DNA from: Macrostomum lignano
Lineage: Eukaryota
Assembly: GCA_002269645.1 (NCBI GenBank)
Contig: NIVC01001141.1
Coordinates: 1-64,000 of the forward strand
Reading direction: 5' to 3'
DNA: 64,000 bases
The notes beneath the pieces are model-generated. The model was not told the origin of the DNA. It saw nothing but the letters and a program-made list of their open reading frames with translations, and made no database searches. Of this stretch, positions 35,769 to 47,400 are shown one piece after another (the stretch's first letter is position 1; each line of letters starts with the position of its first letter). Made by a program: the position numbers and the translations under genes.

Positions 35769-37290
35769 ATACAGTCACTAATACAGTCGCTGAACAGACC
35801 ATAAAATACAGTCAGTAAACAGATAATAGTACAGGTATATATAAGCAGGTGAAACATGTATGTATAATTGGAATTTATAAAGCAGCCCTCATTGAGAGTA
35901 GGTTGACTGCATCTTAACTGGGCTAAAAGAGTTTGTGAATGGTGTATAGGAGCTGCTCTATATACCCTGTGGTTCCAGACTCTAAAAGGAGCATTTGCAG
36001 TCAAGCTCTGTAGCAGCCTTAAGCAGAGCGGAGCGACTTAATGTTTGGTTTGAGAATGAATGTATCTACCTTTGCTTACACCCAATGCATGCAATTGAGC
36101 AGTGACGCGAGTCGGCAGGTAGTCAGGATGGCATATACATGTACATTTTTGTACTGCTAAAGCTATACTGGCTGCTTGTCGATGGCACCATCTGCTGAAG
36201 CGACAGTCTATCCTTTTGTTCATTAATTATTATTCAATACATTATTTTAAATTTTCACCTGCTATTAGCAGCAGAAGATAATATTATATCATTTGAATAA
36301 ATACATGCGTTTGTTTAACTATTGTTTCACTTTTGAACGTCAATTTTCGGTTGTTTAAAATCTAATTAAAAGCTCGTACCGTTTGTTGTTTCTTTATTTG
36401 TTGTAGTTCGTAAAAGTACAGTTGAATAAAACTGTTAATTTTTACATTTACTGTGTATAATATTTTGTTAAACTAACAGAAATGTTTATTACTTCGGCGA
36501 ATTTATTCACGCAGTTTCGTATCACCCTACACTCAAAGTATGCAAGTATTAAATTGTACGCGTATATGCACGTTCTTTGTATTGACGTTCTATGGCGAAA
36601 ATAAATAAAGCTTAAAATATCTCACGTCATTAATTAAGAATATTCTGTTCACAAAAATTTGGTGCATAAGCGCTCACAAACTTATGCAAATGTCAGGCTG
36701 TAGGGTTAGTGTTAGGGTTGGTGTTAGCCAGGGTTTAGATTTAGTGTTTAGATTTAGATTTAGATAGAAATAATGGAAGCGTCGTGAAAAATAATGGAAG
36801 CATCATGCAAACAATCATGGAAGCACCATGCAAAAACTCGTGAACAGAATATTAAATTAAGGGTTATGGTTAGGGTTAGAAGTTTGACAGGATATTTTTT
36901 CAGATTTCAAGGCTGAGCTACATGTAGCTTATTAAAAAACGTGTATTGCATTTCTTTTGCTCCCCAACGGGGGGCGTTGATTGCTAGTAGTATTCTAAAC
37001 TTGTAATTTGTTTAAATTGTTCAATTTTTTCAACCTGTTTGACTTTTTTGTCTAATTCTTTATCCTAAATTCTACCAGTGCTACTATGAAATTATGAAAT
37101 TACTATTAATAGAATTGTTTCTTATTTTGTCATAAAAATCGCAGCTTGTAGTTTTTATTCGGCCAAAGTTGCCTTCCGCACTACCATTAGTAAAGCATTG
37201 ACTGCACCTCACAATGCCCACAGACGAAGGCTGTATTGAGCGGCCCTAGGCGCCAAGCCCAATCCCTGCCACCCCGTCAAATCTGACACC

Positions 37291-40200
37291 ATGGCAACGC
37301 AGCCGCCAGACCTGAGCCTCATGGAGCTGTGCGCCTGGAAGCTGCTGTCCTGCGACACCAACTGGGAGTCCGGCGGCCCGCTGGCTGGGCAGCACAGCTG
37401 GCTGAACCGGAGCCAGCTGGGGGCCGAGCTGTTGCTGCTGCCCCTGCTTGATGGCATGCGCAGGTTCACCCCAGCCCGCTTTGACTACCGCCAGATGCCT
37501 GACCAGCCCGTCCGCGTCACTGCCGCCGCCATCCGCCAGGTGGCCCTGTTCCGCGGCGCTTGTGTGCCCCGCCTGGACCTGCTGCCTAGCAACACGGCGC
37601 CCAGCCTTGGGGACGAGCCCTACCCCGGCGCTCAGCAGGAGCTGCTCACCGCCCTGCTCAACCTCACGCCCGCCAGTCTCTACCTGTACGAAGGCCTGGC
37701 GCTCGAGCCCAAGCTGGACACCTACATCGTGCACCTACGCCGCCTCGCCTCCCTGCTGCACACACTGGACATCGGCGCGCACTACCCGGATCTCATCAAG
37801 GCTGACCACCGCATCAGCTTTAACCGCGTCACTTGCTTGCGGGCTCGCCTGCCAGCCCACCCGGACTCAAACCCCCTGGCTGACCTGGACGTTCGCTTCA
37901 TCTGCGCCAACCTGGTCTCGCTGGACCTGGCCGGCAGCGGCATCACGGCCGCACAGCTGCTGGCGGCGCCGCAGATGCCCGCGCTGCGCTGCCTCGGCCT
38001 GCGCCGCTGCGTCGCCCTGTTTCTGGCCGACTCCGAGGACATCACGGTGAGCTGGCCGTCATGAACCCGATTTCACGCACCTGTTTGCACTTTAACTGAC
38101 TAAATAGCCATCCCTCGCTAAAGCTGGCAAAGATAACGGTGCACAAATCTCTGCTGCAGGTGGCGGAGCTGCTGGAGACGTACAACTTCGACACCGAGGT
38201 GGCCGCGCGCCTCGACGAGCTGTCCGAGTCGGACACGAGCGGCTTGGATGCCCTGTGCGAGAAGTTCCCACTTTTAGAGGTGCTGGACATCGGGCTACCG
38301 CACAACGACCCGCTGCCAGACGCGGAGACGCTGCTGTTCCCCTTCGCCGATGCCGCCGACCGCCTGCGCCGCCTGCTGCAGCGGCTGCCCCGCCTTCGCC
38401 GGCTCGACCTATCGTTCACCAGCCTGGCCGATGCCGCTCCCGCCCTGTCTGCCGAGCTCGCCGCCTTTGACTACCTCGGCCTGTTTGGCGCGGCCAGCCG
38501 CCTTGATGGCTTTGATGGCGCTGACCGCGTTGGCTCCGAGCGCAGCCTTGCTGGCTTTTCCTGCTTGCTGCGCGAGTTCGCCCGCGACCCCCAGGCTGCG
38601 ACCATCGTGCTGCGCTCGCTGTTCCAGTTCTTGCGGCTGCCCGCTCAGCCAGGCCCCGACAACAGCGCCGCCTGCGGCTTGCGCCTGTTGCACCGCCTGC
38701 TCGACATCATGGAGGACTTCGTCTGGGCCGACGAAAAGCTCGAGGCACTGTTCCTGCAGGCCTCCGCATCGATCTACTACCTCATCCGCTCCTACCTGCA
38801 GGCCCGCCCGGCCGGCCTTTTCGACACAGTCTGCCGCTGCCTGGACGTCATTGCCACCTCCATCTACCGCTGGCGGGCCGACCCGCTGACCAGACGCAAC
38901 TTCCTGCTGTCCCTCTTCCTGCTGCTGAATAACGAAATTGAGGCGGCTATCATGAGCTGCTCCAGGTGAGCTAATCCTTTTTCGACTTTTCTGTGTGCAT
39001 TTGCGCCATCATTTGTGCATAGCTTAGCACAAATGCCATTGAGTGTACAGTAAATCAGAGAAAATTCTCGCCCTCGCCCATCAGAGAATCCTCGCCCTCG
39101 TCCCATCAGAGAATCCTCGCCCTCGTCCCATCAGAGAATCCTCGCCCTCGTCTCATCAGAGAATCCTTGCCCTCGTCCCATCAGAGAATCCTCGCCCTCG
39201 TCCCATCAGAGAATCCTCGCCCTCGTCCCATCAGAGAATCCTCGCCCTCGTCCCATCAGAGAATCCTCGCCCTCGTCCCATCAGATAATCCTTGCCCTCG
39301 TCTCATCAGAGAATCCTCGCCCTCGTCCCATCAGAGAATCCTCGCTCTCGTCTCATCAGAGAATCCTCGCCCTCGTCCCATCAGAGAATCCTCGCCCTCG
39401 TCCCATCAGAGAATCCTCGCCCTCGCCCTATCCGAGAATCCTCATCCGCATCAGAGAATCCTCGCCCTCGTCCCATCAGAGAATCCTCGCCCTCGCCCTA
39501 TCCCGCTATCCGAGAATCCTCATCCGCATCAGAGAATCCTCGCCCTCGCCCCATCAGAGAATCCTCGCCCATTTCCCGTAGAGTGAAGCTGCTCCGGTCG
39601 CTGCTGTTCGTGCTGGACCAGAGCTGCGAGGAGGAAGAGCCCGAGTCCATCCGCTACGTGCTGGCGGTGATCAACTACTTGGCGATCTCTTTCGACGAGC
39701 CAGAGCGGCAGTTCGTCGGCTGCGAGTGCCGGCTGGTCACCCGGGCGCTGCAGTTTATCCAGAACTGCTTAAACCCGCCCAGGCGGATTGCCGGAGCCCC
39801 GCAGGCGCAGTGCCTGAGCTCAGCCTGGAGCATCCTGTGGAACATCACGGACGAGAGTGAGCCAAACTGCGCTGCCTTCATGCAGAGTGGCGGTTTGCAG
39901 TGCCTTGTCGACTGTCACCGCGTGCACTCCACTTCGCCGGATGCCTCGCAAGAGCTGATGCGGAATGTGCTGGGGCTGCTGGGCAACGTGTCCGAGGTGC
40001 CGAGCCTGGCCGCGGACCTGCTGACTGGCGAGTCCAGGGAGATCGCGGACATCCTACTGGTGTACCTGAGCCGCTGGACAGCAGATAATGTCGAGGCCGC
40101 CTACAACGCGGCGGGAATTGTGGCCCACTGCCTGCACAGCAGGCGGGAAAAAGAGCTCACCAAGGTGGAGCGAGAGCTGGACGCCAAGGTCAGCGAGGTG

Positions 40201-40500
40201 ATCCGCAACTGGCCGACCAGCAACCTCAGCCGGCAGATCAATTATCGCTCCTTTCAGCCCATCCTGCGGCTGCTGCGGTGCCGCCGCTCTAGGGCCAGCT
40301 ACGCCTGGGGAACCTGGGCGCTCATGAGCATGTGCAAGCACCTGCCCGACAAGTACGTGCCCCTGCTCGCCTCCGAGGGCGGCCATGCCGTGCTATTAGA
40401 ATTCGTCCAGGAGGTTGGCAACGACATTGAAGCTGTTAAATGGGCCCGCGAGACCCTCGAGATGCTGGAAAAGCGGCAGGCTCGGGACGCGAGTGCCTGA
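37291..40500 (+). CDS. ZER1: ZER1/ZYG-11 family Cullin-2 substrate adaptor (LRR + ARM-like), 3 exons, about 826 aa
   Basis: Exons 37291-38046, 38160-38965 and 39582-40500 join in frame. N-terminal PDLSLMELC resembles the VHL/BC box. LRR motifs LVSLDLAG, LRRLDLSFT. C-terminal AWSILWNITDESEPNC, RNVLGLLGNVSEV, YNAAGIVAH and RQINYRSFQPILRLL are ZER1-typical. Confidence 0.87.
39066..39570. repeat. 25-bp intronic minisatellite (CATCAGAGAATCCTCGCCCTCGTCC), about 20 units
   Basis: Fills ZER1 intron 2 up to the CCCGTAG acceptor at 39581. Confidence 0.95.
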
Positions 40501-41442
40501 TCCTGGCCTTCTCAGCGCGCGCACCACTTTGATGTCTCTCGTCTTTCTTACTGCCACATTTTTAATGAGAATTTCGGCGTTTTTCTCTTAGCAGTTCTCC
40601 CATGTCCCCCGAGAGTCTGCCCTCCATCGACACCCGAGAGCAAGGCTGCGAGCTTGCTGCCCGCTCATGTACATTAACTCCTGCCACCTGTGATAGCCCG
40701 AGAATCCCTACCACTGGCTTTGCCCTCAGTCCCCGCAGCTTCTGCTCCTCATCTCATCAGCCAACCAAGTTCATCCCAGCGTTAGCCGCTTGCCACTCCC
40801 GCCTAGCTACTCTCGGCGCTATCTCGGGTTCGAGTTTTCTCGCCTTGTCTTCGAATTCTATCGTTTGTATTGTCTGTCACATGTAGAAATTGTGATTGCG
40901 GTCTTTGATTTCTTTATATTGTCTGCTTCTTGCATGCCAGCCATGCTCCGATGCTGCATCTGCCCCCAGCAGGTTGTTCTGCTGCAGTCTTGAATTTAGT
41001 GCTGAAACCCCTTCTGTATGTTCCGCTTTCAAAGCTGGCTGCACCTCCCGACTCTGCCGCCAGGGCCTGACAGTTCGGCCTGCACTCTCTGTTTCTTGTA
41101 TTGATGACGAATTGTGGCGCAGGACCGTCTATTGAGCCACAGCTGTCTGTTTTGCTGCTATTCCCATCAAGCGTGCGGAGACATTTTTGATTATGCTTAC
41201 CTGTATAAATACACATTATACATTAATTATTGAGCGGATTTTACCTTGATTAGTGTGAACTTTTTGAGCTCTGTCCAGAGTAAAAGCAGCAAGTGTATCG
41301 AAGCAACTTTTCAGCTCACTAGTAATTTAAAGTGTGCATTATTAGCCTTCATCCCTTGCACCTCTGTTTCATGCGGAAATTCCTCATTCAAAGTTTGATT
41401 GAATATCCATCCAGTACGAGTATGTAAATACGCAGGTGCGAC

Positions 41443-44400
41443 TTGAACTTAAGAACCATTGCACATGGACAACGAAAATTTGACGAGGACAGGGACAAGG
41501 GCTTAATAGGCTTTTATCGGCTCAGGCTCAGCTAGGTTAGTGCTCGTCGCACAGATAGCAACTTTATTAGTTAGCAAGCTTTATGTGAAATTTAGTCGGT
41601 ACACGAAAGAAAAGGTCTAGTAATTTTCACTACCTGATCGAAACAGTTCAACCTGCACCTTTTCGGGAGAGGCTATAAATTAAAAGAAAATTGGCGTCTT
41701 TAGAGCTCACTGTGCTCAGAATTCAATCAGATTTGAGTCATCACAGAAGGCTGCAGCAGCTGCCGCTGGGCAGGCCCTGGGCGAAGAGTTTGTTCTCGAA
41801 TCCGTACACGAAGAACACGCCCTGTCTGCCCTCGTGCTCGTAGTGGACCTCCGTGACCGGGATTCCGCGAAGGTTGTGCCTCTGTCTCAGCACCCGCTGG
41901 CCTTTCAGGCTGTTCTCGTGGGCCCCGATCAGCGACTTGGAGGCTCGGTTCACCGGCGAGATAGGAAAGTTGCTGATGGGAGTCAGCAGTTCGCCCTCCT
42001 CCTCGAAGATCACTTTGCCTGTCACGTCCCGCACCAGCTCGTCGGGTAGGTCCGTGCGCTCCTCAATGTAATCCGCGTTCTTTCCGCGCCACTCACACTT
42101 TAGCTTCACGGCGAACACGAGCTGTTGGTGACCACTGCAGGTTGTGCAGGTTTCCTCCCCGCTGCCGCTGCACAAGGGACAGCTGTGAGGGATGGTGTGT
42201 ATTAAGTGCTTTGAATTATCTAGACTTATGAAGTACGTTAGATGTGTTAGATGTGAGGCTGCAGGGTTGTCAAGTAAACACTGCACGAGTTTCCTATATA
42301 CAGCTCGCTATTGGAGCACGCATGCTGTACACTGTACATGTGTAGCAACCCACACCCATGAGGAAACCTCAAATACGACGCCCCAGAATCAGCAACTCAC
42401 CGACGCTTGCCCTGTCCATCACACTCCCCACAGTCGACTTTCCTCAGCACGGCGCCCTGGGCTACCGTCTTGCGACCATGGCCGCCGCAGTCACCGCATC
42501 GGGTCAGCTTCTTCCCTCTGCACTTGTGACACACCGTCTTGCCCTTAGCATTGCAGTGGTGGCACGGCTAAAAAGGGCAGAAAAGTAGGATCACAGTCAG
42601 CCTTTTGGTGTGGAGGGTGAAGCTGGAGTAAGTGTAAAGTCTAGTTGCATACTACGAGCGTAAAAAATTCACCGTCACAGTGCTGGTGTGTGGGACGATG
42701 AGCTCCTTGTCCTGATCCACGAACATTTCCCGCGGCCTCAGCTCAACCTCCCAGGGCCCGGGCGCCTTGCCCTCGTTAGGACTGTCCAGCTTCTGGCCAG
42801 AGAAAGGCTCGTAGCTCCAGCAGGTGAAGCGGGATTCAACATAAGTCTCCAGGCAGTACTGCAATCATGATGGGAAGCGGTGCACTTGTACGGTAGCTTT
42901 GCTGCGTTTGAAGAATGACGCCCAGACTTCCCCATCAACCTGCTTATTGTGTTCCAACAACTTAGTTGAACTTAAGAACCATTGCACATGGACAACGAAA
43001 ATTTGACGAGGACAGGGACAAGGGCTTAATAGGCTTTTATCGGCTCAGGCTCAGCTAGGTTAGTGCTCGTCGCACAGATAGCAACTTTATTAGTTAGCAA
43101 GCTTTATGTGAAATTTAGTCGGTACACGAAAGAAAAGGTCTAGTAATTTTCACTACCTGATCGAAACAGTTCAACCTGCACCTTTTCGGGAGAGGCTATA
43201 AATTAAAAGAAAATTGGCGTCTTTAGAGCTCACTGTGCTCAGAATTCAATCAGATTTGAGTCATCACAGAAGGCTGCAGCAGCTGCCGCTGGGCAGGCCC
43301 TGGGCGAAGAGTTTGTTCTCGAATCCGTACACGAAGAACACGCCCTGTCTGCCCTCGTGCTCGTAGTGGACCTCCGTGACCGGGATTCCGCGAAGGTTGT
43401 GCCTCTGTCTCAGCACCCGCTGGCCTTTCAGGCTGTTCTCGTGGGCCCCGATCAGCGACTTGGAGGCTCGGTTCACCGGCGAGATAGGAAAGTTGCTGAT
43501 GGGAGTCAGCAGTTCGCCCTCCTCCTCGAAGATCACTTTGCCTGTCACGTCCCGCACCAGCTCGTCGGGTAGGTCCGTGCGCTCCTCAATGTAATCCGCG
43601 TTCTTTCCGCGCCACTCACACTTTAGCTTCACGGCGAACACGAGCTGTTGGTGACCACTGCAGGTTGTGCAGGTTTCCTCCCCGCTGCCGCTGCACAAGG
43701 GACAGCTGTGAGGGATGGTGTGTATTAAGTGCTTTGAATTATCTAGACTTATGAAGTACGTTAGATGTGTTAGATGTGAGGCTGCAGGGTTGTCAAGTAA
43801 ACACTGCACGAGTTTCCTATATACAGCTCGCTATTGGAGCACGCATGCTGTACACTGTACATGTGTAGCAACCCACACCCATGAGGAAACCTCAAATACG
43901 ACGCCCCAGAATCAGCAACTCACCGACGCTTGCCCTGTCCATCACACTCCCCACAGTCGACTTTCCTCAGCACGGCGCCCTGGGCTACCGTCTTGCGACC
44001 ATGGCCGCCGCAGTCACCGCATCGGGTCAGCTTCTTCCCTCTGCACTTGTGACACACCGTCTTGCCCTTAGCATTGCAGTGGTGGCACGGCTAAAAAGGG
44101 CAGAAAAGTAGGATCACAGTCAGCCTTTTGGTGTGGAGGGTGAAGCTGGAGTAAGTGTAAAGTCTAGTTGCATACTACGAGCGTAAAAAATTCACCGTCA
44201 CAGTGCTGGTGTGTGGGACGATGAGCTCCTTGTCCTGATCCACGAACATTTCCCGCGGCCTCAGCTCAACCTCCCAGGGCCCGGGCGCCTTGCCCTCGTT
44301 AGGACTGTCCAGCTTCTGGCCAGAGAAAGGCTCGTAGCTCCAGCAGGTGAAGCGGGATTCAACATAAGTCTCCAGGCAGTACTGCAATCATGATGGGAAG

Positions 44401-44483
44401 CGGTGCACTTGTACGGTAGCTTTGCTGCGTTTGAAGAATGACGCCCAGACTTCCCCATCAACCTGCTTATTGTGTTCCAACAA
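41443..44483. repeat. Tandem duplication of a 1518-bp unit (41443-42960 and 42966-44483) with a 5-bp junction insert
   Basis: All ORFs recur identically at a 1523-bp offset. The junction reads ...TTCCAACAA-CTTAG-TTGAACTTAAG... Confidence 0.96.
41741..42858 (-). pseudogene. Duplicated last three exons of the SSUH2-like gene (no start of its own)
   Basis: Exons 42858-42673, 42567-42401 and 42182-41741 look identical to exons 4-6 of the upstream gene. Confidence 0.8.
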
Positions 44484-47400
44484 AAATTTTGTCATATTTA
44501 CATTTCCTGCCCATTGTATCCCAATTTCGTGTCTTGCTAGGCTCCGCCAGCTACTTCAGGCATTTTATGTGACGAACAAGCGCGTCATCTTCATTCAGCA
44601 TCTCAGTGGCTCATTGCTATTCAGTTATGCGAATGCAAGCCCTGGGGGTGTGCGCATCCCCACTGCTTGGGGCAGCAGAAGATTTGTCAGACTCCGGCTG
44701 TTAGTTTGAAGTAGCTTTAGTTCCCTTTATCCTGCCTGCTCCCTCGAAGCCCTTCACAAAGATTTGAGATGCGATACCTTTCGTTGCAGTTTGGGTGACT
44801 TTTTGTTGTGCTAATATTGTATATATGCTAATATTGTATATATGCTAATATTGTATATATGCTAATATTGTATATATGCTAATATTGTATATATGCTAAT
44901 ATTGTATATATGCTAATATTGTATATATGCTAATATTGTATATATGCTAATATTGTATATATGCTAATATTGTATATATTGTGGCGGCCAGACTACGGCG
45001 GCAACTGACTGTCGATTGCCTCGGGTGTGGTCCGGCCGCGCGCCCCTGCTGCCTTCGGCGCCCACCTGACGCCCTGCTGCCATCGGCGCCCGCCTGGCGC
45101 CCTGCTGTCATCGGCGCCCGCCTGGCGCCCTGCTGCCTTCGGGGCCCGCCTGGCGCCCCGCCGCCTTCGGCGCCCGCCTGGCGCCCCGCTGCCTTCGGCG
45201 CCCGCCTGGCGCCCTGCTGCTGCTGTCTTCGGCGCCCACCTGGCGCCCCGCCGCCTTCGGCGCCTGCCTCGCACCCCCGCTCGGCGCCCGTTCGGCGACC
45301 TGCTGCCATCGGCGCTCTGCTGCCTTCGGCGCCCGCCTCGCGCCCCCGCCGTCTTCGGCACCCGCTCCTCGGCGCTCTCGCTGCTTCGGCTACTACCCGA
45401 CGTTCGTGGCCTAGCTCGGTGCTGGGGGGAGCTGTGTGGCGGCCAGACTACGCGACCGGCAGCACCAGTGCAGCCGCACTGGAAACCCCCCGCCAACCTC
45501 TGTCCAGCTGAGGTGGGGTGGTGGCGCACCGCACTAGCCGGCTCGCTAAGCCAGGGGGGTTGGCGTAGCCAATCACGCCACGCCACATGTGCGCACCTCC
45601 CTAGGCCCCTCAATAATCTCGCGCTGTTTTCATTTGTATAAATATACGAGCAATGCAGTGCAACATCTTGGTTGCCATTCCATCTATTGAAACTAAAAGG
45701 CCTTCCGCCTCAATATGCTAATATTGTATATATGCTAATATTGTATATATGCTAATATTGTATATATGCTAATATTGTATATATGCTAATATTGTATATA
45801 TGCTTTTCACTCTGACTAATTTTGGTTCGTAGAGAAGCGCAAGAACTTTCCGGATGACCGGATGCCTGCGATAGGCTGGCTGCTGTAGAATCTCTACTGG
45901 CAGACTAAATGCGTTGCCATGCCGACACAGGCTCACCTGCAAAGCTTTCCTATCCGTTGCAGCAATAATATCCCGCGCCCAATAAACCCTGTTTAACTCC
46001 CTCCGATTAATTATATTTCCCAAAATTTTTCTACCCGCATCCCATGGGATTTTTTGGCTTTTGGCAAGGCTCACCCTGCAGGGAAATGTTTCTAACTCAT
46101 GCAGCAGGCTTACAGGTAGAGACTGCGATATGCGCTGGTCAGCGGTGTCAATTGGGAGGAGGGTGCGGTTACAGACCCTGCGGTTGAGTACCTGCTTTGT
46201 GACTGGCGCTCAGCTGCTCACCCTGTGAGCCAAGCCCGCTACTCACGTGCCACGCCAGTGTGTTCTCGACCTTGGTAATGGGCATGTCCCATAAGAACTG
46301 CTTGCTCTGGCAGCACTTCTGAGGCGCTTGGGCCACCAGAATTTCGCGTGCAATTTCAGCTGTGACCTTGGGCAGCCTGCAGAAATTGGGGAAGGCAGCT
46401 GCAGAAGTTTGATGAATTGATCCACCGCGGTTATTTAGTCACCTCTAAAGTCACTTTTAGAGAAAAAAATTCTAATTATAACTCAAAATAAGCTTTGAAT
46501 TTCTCTCAGCCTCATTAAAAGAGCTGCAAGCAGGGTGTCGCCGAAACCAGAAAATTATAGTGCATTCCAATGTCTCAAATTCTTCTGCCACGCATTCTGC
46601 TCTCTGCGTACCAAAAAAACCCTCGTCAATGGCATATGGCTTAAATATGGCTTACATATGCAATTACTATTTATAAATTGCTAGGTTTTGAAGTCAATCT
46701 GTCTGAAGTCAAAACTGCTCACTTTGACACTAGGATTAAGGCTCGATCTCAGCTACTCTAGTGAGCCATCAATAGTGAGCCATCAAGTCGCAGTACAGAT
46801 TGGTTTACAGTCCAGAGCGAGAAAACAAACCCATGAAAAGCATGAAAGTTGGCCTCGTCTGATGGTGATGTGGAGGCCCTCTATTAAAACTTATTTTCCT
46901 CAACAATATTTTTTCTTGCTTAATATTTTCTGCCTTGTTTTCCGTGTGGTAAATAAAGTCCAGGTGATGGGTTCGATCCTCAATTGCAGCACTGCCAACC
47001 AAGTTAAGTTTACGACTCTGCATTTATTGTAGCTCACTCACTCTGCATATCTGCGCAATTTTCACTTGCCTTTGTTATTTCGATGGCAAGATCAACAGCT
47101 CTCAACCGAGATTCTCGAAAGGCCTATCTTGTGAAACAACAAATGACAGTCAAGCACGGACTGCACAAACCCTTGCTACGAGTTGCCCCAAAGGCTACAG
47201 TATTTTTTATTCTCCTCGTTACCAAGTTGAACAGTCCTCTGCTGTGGCCGTCATATGGAACTCGCAAAAACTCCGATTACTCATCCCACAGACGGCTGTG
47301 GCCATGCTGAACTATCAACCAACCACCCTTGTCAGTGAAATTCTCGGTGCAACTGCATCGCAGAACAGGCTCCTGCAGCACCTGCAAAAAACTGCCCGTC

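Larger units (their letters stand above)
29636..36987 (+). mobile_element. Helitron (rolling-circle transposon), decayed, carrying Rep/helicase remnants and two minisatellites
   Basis: Putative 5' end TCCTATATACTAAAAATG followed by (CTTG)n. RepHel coding exons inside. The 3' end has the hairpin GCTCCCC-AAC-GGGGGGC, then CTAG|T at 36984-36987. The base before the 5' TC is G rather than the canonical A, so the 5' end is less sure. Confidence 0.72.

Noticed and set aside
39043-39586. SSHQRILALVPSENPRPRPIRE repeat ORFs, including the N-terminal part of ORF 39292-40500
   Set aside because: Intronic 25-bp minisatellite. The true ZER1 exon starts at the acceptor at 39582.
44947-45641. Overlapping Pro/Ala/Arg-rich ORFs on both strands
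   Set aside because: Expected from very GC-rich repeats. They have no motifs and lie inside an intron.
45769-46074. 101-aa minus-strand ORF with protein-like composition
   Set aside because: Lies in SSUH2 intron 3, runs into the 17-bp array, and has no motif or usable splice phase.
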